Program-made: the position numbers and the translations under genes | Assembly: GCA_021325135.1 (NCBI GenBank) | Contig: JAJPHT010000020.1 | Location: forward strand, 64,001 to 128,000 | Source of the DNA: Pseudomonadota bacterium | GTDB lineage: Archaea; Thermoplasmatota; SW-10-69-26; JACQPN01; JAJPHT01 | DNA: 64,000 bases | Direction: 5' to 3' | Shown here: positions 29,574 through 39,181 of the stretch, one piece after another | How positions within the stretch are numbered: position 1 is the first letter of the stretch | Layout of the letters: each line of letters opens with the position of its first letter | Notes under the pieces: generated by a model | Databases searched by the model: none | What the model saw: only the letters and a program-made list of their open reading frames with translations | Told to the model about the DNA's origin: nothing

Positions 29574-30550
29574 CGCCGCCGCGCGAGGAGCGCCGCGAGC
29601 GCGCCCGTGGCCAAGAGCAGCCCCACCTCGGGCCCCGGCAGCAGGCGGCGCACGATGGGCGCCTCCGCCCACGCGTCCCACACCTGCACGTCGTACTGGC
29701 CGCGGCGCGTCCAGCCGGGCCGCTCGATCCAGAAGCGATCGCGGTCGGAGAGCGTCCCATCGTGGTCGCGGTCGTCGAAGGTGAAGTTGAACCCGCCCGC
29801 CTGCTGCTGCGGCATCGAGGCGCGGAACGCCGCGAGGCGCTCATGCGTCGTCGCGTTGAAGACGCGCACCTCCACCTCGGCAAGGCTGGGCGCATCGGAG
29901 ACGAGGTCCGCCCGCCACGAGAAGTTCCCATCGAAAAGGTCCGTGCTGTTGCCCGCCGCGGCGGCGAGGCGTCCCACGGGCGAGGGCATGCGGAACGCGG
30001 CGCGCGGGCCGTAGGAGGCCTCCGCCGTGACGTTGCCGCCCGGGCTCTCCAGGCGCAGGCTCGTGATGCGGTCGTGGCGGTCCACGGTGGCGCTCATGCC
30101 GCCCACGCTGAGGTTGGTGCCGTTGTAGACCGCCACCACGTCGGAGCCCTCCGTGCGGGCGGAGGTGACGTTGAGCTGCGGCAGCAGAAGGAGCGGCGAG
30201 CCGAAGCGGCTCGCGTCCAGCGGGCACGCGCCGGGGCGTTGCGCGAGGGGCTTGCCGTCCACGACGCGCACGACGTCCTCGCCGCGGCAGTAGAAGTCCA
30301 GGGCGAAGCCCGCGACGCTCATGTTGAAGTGGCGCGCGCCGTCGCGGCCCACCTCCAGCGTGAAGCCCACGGTGTAGCCGTTGGACGTGGCGTTGCCCGA
30401 GAGCTTCGAGAGCGCGCCGCCCGCGGGGCCGAGGTCCTGCGCGAAGCCGTCCAGCGCGCGGCGGGCGCGCTCCTCGGGCGTGCCGCTGGGCAGGCCCAGG
30501 CAGCCGACGAGGAGGAGGGCTCCGAAGGCGAGCGCGACGAGGCGCGGCAC
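29570..30550 (-). CDS. Lipoprotein with C-terminal PGF-CTERM-like anchor
   Basis: LLVGC lipobox; C-terminus LPGPEVGLLLATGALAALLARRR. Confidence 0.7.
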   Translation of the reverse strand: MPRLVALAFGALLLVGCLGLPSGTPEERARRALDGFAQDLGPAGGALSKLSGNATSNGYTVGFTLEVGRDGARHFNMSVAGFALDFYCRGEDVVRVVDGKPLAQRPGACPLDASRFGSPLLLLPQLNVTSARTEGSDVVAVYNGTNLSVGGMSATVDRHDRITSLRLESPGGNVTAEASYGPRAAFRMPSPVGRLAAAAGNSTDLFDGNFSWRADLVSDAPSLAEVEVRVFNATTHERLAAFRASMPQQQAGGFNFTFDDRDHDGTLSDRDRFWIERPGWTRRGQYDVQVWDAWAEAPIVRRLLPGPEVGLLLATGALAALLARRR

Positions 30551-30587
30551 GCTCCGGAAGCGGGCGCTGCGCGGATCAGGCCTTCGA

Positions 30588-31859
30588 TCAGTGGTGGAAC
30601 AGCGCCGCGATGTGCGCGATGGGGTGCTCCGAGAACTCCTGCACGACGGGGCCGCCCACGTAGAGGACCATGGCGACGGTGACGCCGAACTTGATCAGCG
30701 TGCCCACCGCGATGCCGCCCATGTACTTGCGGAACTTCATGCCCGAGACGGCGAACACGTAGAGCAGCACGTCGGGGATCAGCGGGAGGGCGTTGATGAC
30801 GACGAGGATCCAGAAGCCGCGCTTCTCCGCGTTGCGGTTCATCCAGTCGACGGCGCGCTTCATGCGCGGGCTCTTCTTGGTCTTCTTGTGGATCTCGTGG
30901 TTGAGCGAGTCGCCCAGGAGATACACGAGCCAGACGCCCACCATGCGGCCCACGAACGCCGCCACGAAGGCGAGGATGGCCCCGTCCGCGACGACGGAGA
31001 GGATGAGGAGCACTTCCGCCGGGATGGGGACGCCCATCGCCGTGAGGACGTTGGCGCCCGCGTTCTTCAGCGCGCTGACCCACGTGGGAAGCAGGTCGCG
31101 CGCGATCACCGCGAGGCCGAACGTGACGACGAGGATGCCCGCGGTGAGGCCGATGGCGGCGAGGAAGAGCATGACGCCCTTCTCTTCGTTGGTCAGGCGC
31201 GTGGGGTCGCGGAAGCCCTTCTTCATCACGCGGCGGCCCGTGCGCCCGCCCAGCGCCGCGCCCGTGGAGAGGCTGCGCTGCACGATGGCGTCGGGGATGG
31301 CCACGGAGCCGCGCATGACCTTGTGGAGCGTGCGGACGCCGGCCATGCCGACCTTGGCCTGCACGCGGATGGTGAGGTGCTTGAACCGCGCCCACGTGCC
31401 GCTGCCGTGCGTCTCCTCGCGGCGGCGCTGGAGGCTCGTGTTGAGCTTGTTGCGCAGCTTGGCCGCGAGGCGGTCGCTGAACGCCTTCTCACGGTCGATC
31501 AGCTCCTGCATGAAGCGCTTCTGGACGGTGATCTTCACGTCGACGTTGATCACGTCGTCCAGCGTGCTCTCCAGGTCGATGCCCGGATCGATGCTGACGA
31601 TGGTGCTGAACGTGACGCGCACGTCCTCGTCGATGTCCGTGTGGTGGTAGACGCCGTAGGCGCCCTCGCCCTTGGTGCGGCGGCGGGGCGGGCTCCCCTC
31701 CACGAGGTCGCGCCAGTGGAACGGCACGTACTGGATGCCGGGGTGCGGGTGGCGCCCGCGCTTCACGCTGCTCACGACGTTCACGATGCCGTAGCTGGGC
31801 GTGACGGGGATCGAGGCCGGGTCCTCTGCCTCGGGCCGGGCCGTGGTGGGCGCTTCCAC
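30588..31859 (-). CDS. VTT/DedA (SNARE-associated) domain protein with long soluble N-terminal domain
   Basis: VPIPAEVLL, NALPLIPDVLLYVFAVSGMKFRKYMGGIAVGTLIK. Confidence 0.75.
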   Translation of the reverse strand: MEAPTTARPEAEDPASIPVTPSYGIVNVVSSVKRGRHPHPGIQYVPFHWRDLVEGSPPRRRTKGEGAYGVYHHTDIDEDVRVTFSTIVSIDPGIDLESTLDDVINVDVKITVQKRFMQELIDREKAFSDRLAAKLRNKLNTSLQRRREETHGSGTWARFKHLTIRVQAKVGMAGVRTLHKVMRGSVAIPDAIVQRSLSTGAALGGRTGRRVMKKGFRDPTRLTNEEKGVMLFLAAIGLTAGILVVTFGLAVIARDLLPTWVSALKNAGANVLTAMGVPIPAEVLLILSVVADGAILAFVAAFVGRMVGVWLVYLLGDSLNHEIHKKTKKSPRMKRAVDWMNRNAEKRGFWILVVINALPLIPDVLLYVFAVSGMKFRKYMGGIAVGTLIKFGVTVAMVLYVGGPVVQEFSEHPIAHIAALFHH

Positions 31860-31940
31860 AAAGGCAGGTAGGGGTGGGTCGATAGAAACGTTTCGGGGCG
31901 CCGGGAGGGACGCCCTGTGGCGCTGCGCCGGTGCGCGGGG

Positions 31941-32987
31941 TCAGTCCAGGCGCCGGGGCAGGCGCGCCGCGCGGCGGGTCCAGTAGTAGGCCGCCAGGGT
32001 CGCGGCCGCGGTGCTGCCCACCATGACGGCGGCGTAGGCGGCGGGGCTCTCGATGCGCAGCGCGGGGGGCGCGGCGGAGAGCACGGTGGCCAGCGTGTTG
32101 GGGACCAGGACCGCCGTGCCCAGGACGGTGAGCCACGTCACGATGTACGCGAGGCGGTTGTTCAGCGCCTGGAGCTGGTTGTTGTAGATGCTCTGCGTGA
32201 CCTCGAGCCCGCTGGAGAGCACCTCGCTCATGTGCTCGGAAAGCTGGATGTGCCTCTGCACGTCGTCGCCCAGGAGCGCGATGCGGCGCAGCATCGTCTC
32301 GTCGTCGGAGATCAGCTCCGCGTCGCCGTGCTGGAGCGCGTAGATGGTGTCGATGCTCTCCCAGAGCGCGTCGAGGTAGCTGATGAGCGCGCGCTTCAGC
32401 CTGTAGATGTCCTGCGCGAGCGCCACGCGGTCGATGTTCTCCGTGGCCAGCTGCCCCGAGAGCTTCTCGCCCGCGTCCTCGATGGGGCGGATGCCGTCGA
32501 AGTTGCGCTCGTTGTTCTCGTCCAGGAGGCGCGTGACGAGGATGGTGAGCTTGTCGCGGGGCTCCCGGTCGGCGGGGATCTTGCGCATCACCGTCTCGGC
32601 GTAGCGGCCGAACTTCTGGAAGCGCGTCGCCTTGCCCTTGCGGTAGAGCGTCAGCACGAGGTTGCCGCGCAGAAGGACGAGAAGCGGCTCGGAGACGACC
32701 TCCATGCCCTGGACGCGGATCATGGGCGTGACGAGGCCAAGCTCCGCGTCGCGGTCCTCGTAGCCCGAGCTCGCCTCGCGCAGGAGAAGCTCGGCGAGCC
32801 CCTGCGAGAAGCCCAGCGTCGTGGCGACGGCGACCGCGTCGCGCGCGAGGTCCTCGACCTCCACGTTGATCCACGCCAGCTCCGCGCCCGCGAGCGGCGT
32901 CAGGAACTCGCCGGGGTCGCGAGCGTCGATGCGCGTGGCGCGTCCTCCGCGCAGCGCGACGATGAAACCCTCGGCGGCCTCGGGCAC
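31941..32987 (-). CDS. corA: CorA family divalent cation transporter
   Basis: IYRLKRAL, QSIYNNQLQALNNRL, two C-terminal TM helices; canonical GMN motif not visible. Confidence 0.8.
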   Translation of the reverse strand: MPEAAEGFIVALRGGRATRIDARDPGEFLTPLAGAELAWINVEVEDLARDAVAVATTLGFSQGLAELLLREASSGYEDRDAELGLVTPMIRVQGMEVVSEPLLVLLRGNLVLTLYRKGKATRFQKFGRYAETVMRKIPADREPRDKLTILVTRLLDENNERNFDGIRPIEDAGEKLSGQLATENIDRVALAQDIYRLKRALISYLDALWESIDTIYALQHGDAELISDDETMLRRIALLGDDVQRHIQLSEHMSEVLSSGLEVTQSIYNNQLQALNNRLAYIVTWLTVLGTAVLVPNTLATVLSAAPPALRIESPAAYAAVMVGSTAAATLAAYYWTRRAARLPRRLD

Positions 32988-33052
32988 GGGGCGGCCATGC
33001 CAGGCGGCCCCCCTTAACCCCTGTGCTTTCGCGCGGCGGGACGCCAGGAGCC

Positions 33053-33904
33053 TCACTTCTTCGCGACGAGCTTGCGCAGCGTCTTGATCTCGTCCGCGTA
33101 GGACTCCTCGCCGCCGGGCGTCTCCAGGTAGCCGGGCAGGTCCGCGAAGCGCTTGTCGTTGACCAGGCGCCGGAAGGCGTCGAGGCCCAGCTTGCCCTCG
33201 CCGATGGTGGCGTGACGGTCCTTCTTGCTGTCCAGCCCCTCCTTGCTGTCGTTGAGGTGGAACGCCTTGAGGTGCTCCAGGCCGATCTCGTTGTCGAACG
33301 TGTCGAACGTGTCGGCGTAGCCCTCCTCGGTGCGGATGTCGTAGCCCGAGACGTAGACGTGGCACGTGTCGAAGCAGACGCCCACGCGCTTGCGCGCCGC
33401 GCCCGGCACGGCCTCGCGCATCATGGCCAGCTCCGCGAACGTGCGGCCCACGGCGGCCCCCTGCCCCGCGTTGGTCTCCAGGAGGATCATGGGCTTCGTG
33501 CCCTTGGTGCGCTCGATGGCCAGGGCCACGGCGTCGCCCACGCGCTTGCAGCCCCACTCGGCGCCCTTGTCCTTGGGGCTGCCGGGGTGGAACGTGATGT
33601 AGGGGATGCCCAGCGCGTCCGCGCGCTCGATCTCCACCACGAGGCCGTCGATGCTCTTCTGCCAAAGCTCGTCGTCGACGCTCGCGCAGTTGAGGAGGTA
33701 GCTGCAGTGGACCAGCGTGGGGCCCAGCGCGTGCTCCTTGAGGCCCGCCTTGAACGCCTCGATGCCCTCAGGCTTCAGGGGCGCGGCCTTCCACTGCATC
33801 TGGTTCTTGGAGAAGATCTGCATGACGTCGCAGCCGAGCGCCTTGGCGCGCGGCGGCGCGTTCTCGACGCCGCCCGTGATGCTGACGTGGGCTCCCAGGA
33901 GCAT
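33053..33904 (-). CDS. nfo: Endonuclease IV
   Basis: GAHVS, HCSYLLN, FHPG, LETNAGQG, CFDTCH, HLNDSK, DRH, LETP. Confidence 0.97.
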   Translation of the reverse strand: MLLGAHVSITGGVENAPPRAKALGCDVMQIFSKNQMQWKAAPLKPEGIEAFKAGLKEHALGPTLVHCSYLLNCASVDDELWQKSIDGLVVEIERADALGIPYITFHPGSPKDKGAEWGCKRVGDAVALAIERTKGTKPMILLETNAGQGAAVGRTFAELAMMREAVPGAARKRVGVCFDTCHVYVSGYDIRTEEGYADTFDTFDNEIGLEHLKAFHLNDSKEGLDSKKDRHATIGEGKLGLDAFRRLVNDKRFADLPGYLETPGGEESYADEIKTLRKLVAKK

Positions 33905-33952
33905 GCCCGCGGCACCCGCCGCCCCACGCTTAAGGCTTCAGACGGCGGCGCC

Positions 33953-34306
33953 TCAGAGGAAGCCCCGCAGCCGCCTGCGCGCCTCGTTGACCTTGGCGTC
34001 CGCGACGCGCCCCAGGTAGCGCCCCGCCCACCCGTGCTTGATGGTCGTCACCGTGCCCGGGTCGATCTGGCTGGGCCGCAGCGGGCCTCCGCGGGGCCAG
34101 TCCTTCGCGTCCAGCCGCACGAGGTCGGGGTGGTCCGCGGGGAAGCTCGTGAGCGCGCAGCAGATGTAGTCGTGCCCCTGCGCCGGGAACGCCGACGTGC
34201 TCACCACGACCCAGGGGCGCTCGTCGCCGCTCTGGAGACGCGGGTCGTCGCCGTGGAAAGGATCGGGAGCCCAGAACACGTCGCCGGTCTCGTAGGGTCG
34301 CGCCAA
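33953..34306 (-). CDS. PemK/MazF-like toxin
   Basis: GDVFWAPDPF...ERPWVVVS...ICCALTS. Confidence 0.8.
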   Translation of the reverse strand: MARPYETGDVFWAPDPFHGDDPRLQSGDERPWVVVSTSAFPAQGHDYICCALTSFPADHPDLVRLDAKDWPRGGPLRPSQIDPGTVTTIKHGWAGRYLGRVADAKVNEARRRLRGFL

Positions 34307-34309
34307 CGC

Positions 34310-34648
34310 TCAGCCACGCCTGGCCTCGGGCCAGTGGGCAGGGTCCTCTGGACCCCACTTTTCCTTTGCCCCGCTCGACGCGACGAGGGAGGCGACGCGC
34401 TTCGCGACCTCGCGGTCCTCCAGCGCGTACCAGTGGCCCTTCTCCCGTTCGATGAGCCCGCGGCGGCGCAGGCGGGTGAGCGACGGGCTCAGCGTGCGCT
34501 GGTCGACGTCAAGCTCCTCCGCGATCTCCACGGGGCGCCACGCCATCCCCATGCGGGAGCGCAGGAGCGCCAGCGCGCGGGCGGCGACGCTGCCGTCCCT
34601 CACGGGGTCGTCCTTGCGCCGGCGGAGGTCCTTCAGCGCGACGGGCAT
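34310..34648 (-). CDS. Winged-HTH putative antitoxin
   Basis: AWRPVEIAEELDV..TLSPSLTRLRRRGLIEREKGHWYA; 3 nt upstream of the toxin. Confidence 0.75.
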   Translation of the reverse strand: MPVALKDLRRRKDDPVRDGSVAARALALLRSRMGMAWRPVEIAEELDVDQRTLSPSLTRLRRRGLIEREKGHWYALEDREVAKRVASLVASSGAKEKWGPEDPAHWPEARRG

Positions 34649-34726
34649 CGTGCCTTACTTTGTCTCCTCATGACTTATATTTTCTCCCGCCGAAGCCCTT
34701 ATCGGGCGGCCCCGGCTGGCCGCATC

Positions 34727-35632
34727 GTGGCCGAGCCCTCGGAGACGCGCGTCGTGGCGGCCCTGGTCGCGGTGCAGGTGCTCTTCGCGGGCCTCGCCGT
34801 CGCGAGCAAGACGGTGCTGCCCCACGTGGGGCCCCTGGCGCTGGCGCTCTGCCGGCTCGCGGCCGCGACGGTGGTGCTCTTCGCGCTGGAGCGCGCGCTG
34901 GTGCGCTCGAAGCTCCCGCCGTGGCGCGACATCGCGGCGTTCGCCCTCTTCGCGCTCCTGGGCGTCGTGCTCAACCAGGGGCTCTTCCTCATGGGCACGG
35001 CGCGCACGAGCGCCACGCACGCCATCCTGCTCATCGCCACCATCCCCGCCTTCACGCTCCTGGTCGCGGTCGCGCTGCGGCAGGAGCGCACGACGCCGCT
35101 CAAGGTCGCGGGCCTCCTCGTCTCCTTCGCGGGCGTCGCGCTCCTGGTCCTGGGCACGCAGGGGGGCGAGTCCTCCCTTGTGGGCGACCTCCTCGTGGCG
35201 GCCAACTCGCTCTCCTACAGCACCTACCTCGTGGTGTCGCGGCCCACGCTGAAGCGGTACGACCCGCTGACCCTCATCTCATGGGTCTTCCTCCTGGGGG
35301 TCTTGGAGATGGCGCCCTTCGCGGCGCCGCAGATCGCCGCGGCGGACTGGGCCGGCATGGGCGGGGGCTCGTGGGTCGCCTTCGTCTACATCCTCCTGGG
35401 CGCGACGGTCGCGAGCTACGGGCTCAACACGTGGGTCCTGCGCCACGCCAGCGCGAGCCGCGTCGCGTCCTTCGTCTACCTCCAGCCCCTGGTGGGGGTC
35501 GCGCTCGCGGTCGCCATCCGGGGCGAGTCGTTCGGCGTGCGCGCCGCGGCGGCCGCGCTCCTCATCCTCGCGGGCGTCTTCGTCGCCAACCGGACGGCCC
35601 CCAGCAAGCGCGCCGCCGCGCCCGCCGAATGA
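34727..35632 (+). CDS. EamA/DMT family transporter
   Basis: ~10 TM helices; GVVLNQGLF, GDLLV, ASFVYLQP. Confidence 0.9.
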   Translation: MAEPSETRVVAALVAVQVLFAGLAVASKTVLPHVGPLALALCRLAAATVVLFALERALVRSKLPPWRDIAAFALFALLGVVLNQGLFLMGTARTSATHAILLIATIPAFTLLVAVALRQERTTPLKVAGLLVSFAGVALLVLGTQGGESSLVGDLLVAANSLSYSTYLVVSRPTLKRYDPLTLISWVFLLGVLEMAPFAAPQIAAADWAGMGGGSWVAFVYILLGATVASYGLNTWVLRHASASRVASFVYLQPLVGVALAVAIRGESFGVRAAAAALLILAGVFVANRTAPSKRAAAPAE

Positions 35633-35657
35633 TTCGGGACGGTCGCCTCCCTAAGAC

Positions 35658-35665
35658 TATAAAAA
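35658..35665 (+). promoter_or_regulatory. TATA box of ileS
   Basis: tataaaaa ~31 nt upstream of ATG, no SD (near-leaderless). Confidence 0.5.
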
Positions 35666-35695
35666 GCAGCCCCCCTTTCGCCGGGCGCCGATCCC

Positions 35696-38600
35696 ATGGT
35701 CCGCGCTGCCGAGAAGAGCCACGACCCGCGGGCGCTGGAAGCCCGCGTCGCCGCCTGGTGGAAGGAGCACGACGCCTATCGCCAGACCAAGGCCTTCCGC
35801 GCCAGCGGACCCCCCTTCTACTTCCTGGACGGTCCGCCCTACGCCACGGGGCACATCCACATCGGCACGGCGCGCAACAAGGTGCTCAAGGACGTCTTCG
35901 TGCGCCACACGAGGATGAAGGGCTTCGCCGTGCGCGACCAGCCCGGCTACGACATGCACGGCCTCCCCATCGAGGTCAAGGTCGAGAAGGAGCTGGGCTT
36001 CAACGGCAAGAAGGAGATCGAGGCCTACGGCATCGACCGCTTCGTGGAGGCGTGCAAGCACTTCGCCGTGGAGCACATGAAGGTCATGACGGAGGAGTTC
36101 CGCGAGCTGGCCATCTGGCTCGACTGGGACAAGCCGTATATGACGCTCACCAACGAGTACATCGAGGGCGCGTGGTGGGCCATCGAGAAGGCGCACGAGC
36201 GCGGCCTCCTCTTCCAGAGCGAGCGCGTGCTCACCTGGTGCTGGCGCTGCGAGACGCCGCTGGCCAACGCCGAGATCGAGTTCGAGGAGCGCGAGGACCC
36301 TTCCGCGTATGTGAAGTTCCCCGTGGAAGGGAAGCCTGGCGAATTCCTCGTCATCTGGACGACGACGCCCTGGACGCTCCCCGCCAACGTCGCCATCGCC
36401 GTCAACCCCGCGCTCACCTACGCCCGCGTCCGCGCGCGCAAGGACGGGCGCGACGAGGTGCTCGTGGTCGCCGCAGACCAGGCCGAGAGCGTCGCGCGCA
36501 TCGGGCGCTACGAGCACGTCGACGTGCTGGAGCGCATCCCGGGCAGCGCGCTGGAAGGGCTGCGCTATCAGCACCCCTTCCGCGTCGAGGTGCCCTACCA
36601 CCAGAGCCCCGCCTCGGAATGGAACAACCGCGTGATCCTGGGCAAGCACGTCGCGGCCGACCGCACGGGGCTCGTCCACACGGCCACCGGCCACGGCGTG
36701 GAGGACTTCGAGGTGGGCAAGCAGTACGGCATCCCCGTCTTCAGCCCCGTGGGCGAGGACGGCCGCTACACCGCGGCCGCCGGCACGCTCCAGGGCCTCC
36801 AGGTCAAGAGCGCGGGCCCCGTGAGCGAGGCCGACGAGATCGTCCTCGACAGCCTGCGCGAGAAGGGCCTGCTGGTCGCCTCGCGCCCCGAGAAGCACAG
36901 CTACGGCCACTGCTGGCGCTGCAAGAACCCCATCGTCTTCCGCGCCACGATGCAGTGGTTCATCGAGGTGCCCAAGATCCAGGAGCGCATGCTCGCCGAG
37001 GTCGACCGCGTCCAGTGGACGCCCGAGTGGGCCGGCAGCGCGCGACAGCGCGACTGGGTGCAGAACGCCCGCGACTGGTGCATCTCGCGCCAGCGCTACT
37101 GGGGCATCCCCATGCCGGTGTGGAAGTGCGGCCACTGCGGCGAGCAGGTGGTCGTGGGCTCGCGCAAGGAGCTTCACCACATCTCGGACTACCAGCACGG
37201 CGATCTGCACCGCCCGTGGATCGACAAGGTGCGCGTCGTCTGCCCGCGCCGCGGCTGCGGCGGCATCATGAAGCGCGTGCCCGACGTGCTGGACGTCTGG
37301 TTCGACAGCGCGGTCGCCGCGTGGGCCTCGCTGAACTTCCCCTCCCACAAGGAGCCCTTCGAGAGCGCGTTCCCCGCCAAGTGGATCTGCGTAGGCCTTG
37401 ACCAGACGCGCGGCTGGTTCTACAGCCAGCTTGGCGCGGGCGTCGCGGCGCTGGACCGCGTGCCCTACGAGCGCGTGGTCATGCACGGCTGGGTCCACGA
37501 CGCGCAGGGCCGCCCCATGTCCAAGAGCCTGGGCAACATCGTGAAGCCCGCCGACGTCATGCAGAAGTTCGGCGCCGACGCGCTGCGCTTCGCCCTCATG
37601 GCCGGCGCCGCGCCCTGGGAGGACATCAGCTTCGGCGAGGAGACGGTGCGCGCCGCGCAGCGCACGCTCAACATCCTCTGGAACGTCCACGTCTTCGCGA
37701 CGCAGTACATGGCCGCCGACGGCTTCAGCCTCGTCTCGCTCCAGGACCCCAGCCGGTTCCGCGCCGAGGACCGCTGGCTCCTGAGCCGTCTCCAGACGAC
37801 CATCGCGGAGACGACGCACGCCCTGGACGCCAGCGAGTTCCACAAGGCCGCGCGCGCCGTCGAGCAGTTCGTCCTGGAGGACCTCTCGCGATGGTACGTG
37901 CGCCTCGTGCGCGAGCGCGTCTGGGACGAGCGCCCAAGCGACGACAAGTCGCACGCCTACATGGCGCTCCACGAGTCGCTCCAGACCGTCGCGCGCCTGC
38001 TGGCGCCCTTCGCGCCGCACGTCGCCGAGGCGATGCACCAGGACCTCAAGGCGCCCGGCGGCCGCCTCTCCGTCCACATGGAGGACTGGCCCGTCGCCCG
38101 CGCCGAGTGGACCGACTACGACCTGGAGCGCGACATGGCCACGCTGCGCGCAGCGACCGAGGCGGCCGCCTACGCGCGCCAGAAGGCCAACATGAAGCTG
38201 CGCTGGCCTGTGGCCAAGCTCGTCTTCGCCACCGACGACCCCGACGTGCGCAGCGCGCTGGCGCGCTTCCGGCCCATCCTCCTGGAGCAGGCCAACGCCA
38301 AGGACGTGGAGGTCGTGGGCGGCGAGTGGGGCGAGCTTCAGCTCGCGGCCACGCCCAACAAGAACGTCATCGGCAAGACCTTCCGCGCCGACGGGCCCAA
38401 GGTGCTCCGCGCGCTCTCCGCGCTGGACCAGAAGCAGCTTCGCGAGGTGCGCGCCGCGCTGGCCCGCGGCGAGCGGCCCGGCCTCGACGCCGAAGGCCTC
38501 GCCGTCGTGCTATCACCCGACCTCGTCGCCTTCGAGACGCGCCTCCCCGAGCACACGAGCGGCGCGGACTTCCCCGGCGGCAGCGTGTACGTCGACACCG

Positions 38601-39124
38601 TCGTCACGCCCGAGCTTGAGGCCGAGGGCGCCGCGCGCGACCTCACGCGCCGCGTCCAGGAGATGCGCAAGCTCATGGGCCTCGCCATGGACGCCAGCAT
38701 CGTGACCGAGGTCGCGGCGCCCCCGGAGTTCGCCGCCATGGTGGCGCCGCGCCTCGCGGAGGTGGCGGAGGCCACGCGCTCCAGCGCGCTCTCCTTCGTG
38801 GACAAGCCCTCGGGCTCGCTGGTGCGCGACTGGGACCTCGAAGGGACGACGCTCACCATCGGGATCGGCGACGCGGCGCGCGCGCCCGCCCCCGCGCCGG
38901 CCGCCCCGCCCGCAACGAAGGCCCCCAGGGCGGCCCCCGCGAAGAAGGCCCCGCGCAAGGCCGCGCCTCCGAAGAAGGCCGCCAAGAAGGCGCCCGCGAA
39001 GAAGGCGAGCGCTCCGAAGGCAAAGCCCGCGAAGAAGGCCGCGAAGAAGACGGCGTCCAAGAAGGCGCCGCCGAAGAAGGCCGTGAAGAAGGCGCCCAAG
39101 AAGGCGAAGAAGGGCCGGCGCTGA
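35696..39124 (+). CDS. ileS: Isoleucine--tRNA ligase with Lys/Ala/Pro-rich C-terminal tail
   Basis: DGPPYATG.IHIG, WTTTPWT, DWCISRQRYWG, DQTRGWF, MSKS. Confidence 0.97.
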   Translation: MVRAAEKSHDPRALEARVAAWWKEHDAYRQTKAFRASGPPFYFLDGPPYATGHIHIGTARNKVLKDVFVRHTRMKGFAVRDQPGYDMHGLPIEVKVEKELGFNGKKEIEAYGIDRFVEACKHFAVEHMKVMTEEFRELAIWLDWDKPYMTLTNEYIEGAWWAIEKAHERGLLFQSERVLTWCWRCETPLANAEIEFEEREDPSAYVKFPVEGKPGEFLVIWTTTPWTLPANVAIAVNPALTYARVRARKDGRDEVLVVAADQAESVARIGRYEHVDVLERIPGSALEGLRYQHPFRVEVPYHQSPASEWNNRVILGKHVAADRTGLVHTATGHGVEDFEVGKQYGIPVFSPVGEDGRYTAAAGTLQGLQVKSAGPVSEADEIVLDSLREKGLLVASRPEKHSYGHCWRCKNPIVFRATMQWFIEVPKIQERMLAEVDRVQWTPEWAGSARQRDWVQNARDWCISRQRYWGIPMPVWKCGHCGEQVVVGSRKELHHISDYQHGDLHRPWIDKVRVVCPRRGCGGIMKRVPDVLDVWFDSAVAAWASLNFPSHKEPFESAFPAKWICVGLDQTRGWFYSQLGAGVAALDRVPYERVVMHGWVHDAQGRPMSKSLGNIVKPADVMQKFGADALRFALMAGAAPWEDISFGEETVRAAQRTLNILWNVHVFATQYMAADGFSLVSLQDPSRFRAEDRWLLSRLQTTIAETTHALDASEFHKAARAVEQFVLEDLSRWYVRLVRERVWDERPSDDKSHAYMALHESLQTVARLLAPFAPHVAEAMHQDLKAPGGRLSVHMEDWPVARAEWTDYDLERDMATLRAATEAAAYARQKANMKLRWPVAKLVFATDDPDVRSALARFRPILLEQANAKDVEVVGGEWGELQLAATPNKNVIGKTFRADGPKVLRALSALDQKQLREVRAALARGERPGLDAEGLAVVLSPDLVAFETRLPEHTSGADFPGGSVYVDTVVTPELEAEGAARDLTRRVQEMRKLMGLAMDASIVTEVAAPPEFAAMVAPRLAEVAEATRSSALSFVDKPSGSLVRDWDLEGTTLTIGIGDAARAPAPAPAAPPATKAPRAAPAKKAPRKAAPPKKAAKKAPAKKASAPKAKPAKKAAKKTASKKAPPKKAVKKAPKKAKKGRR

Positions 39125-39181
39125 GGCGCCCCTCGCGGGGACACGCAAACCCTCATCGCCCTCTCCGGCGAGCGCCCGGCC

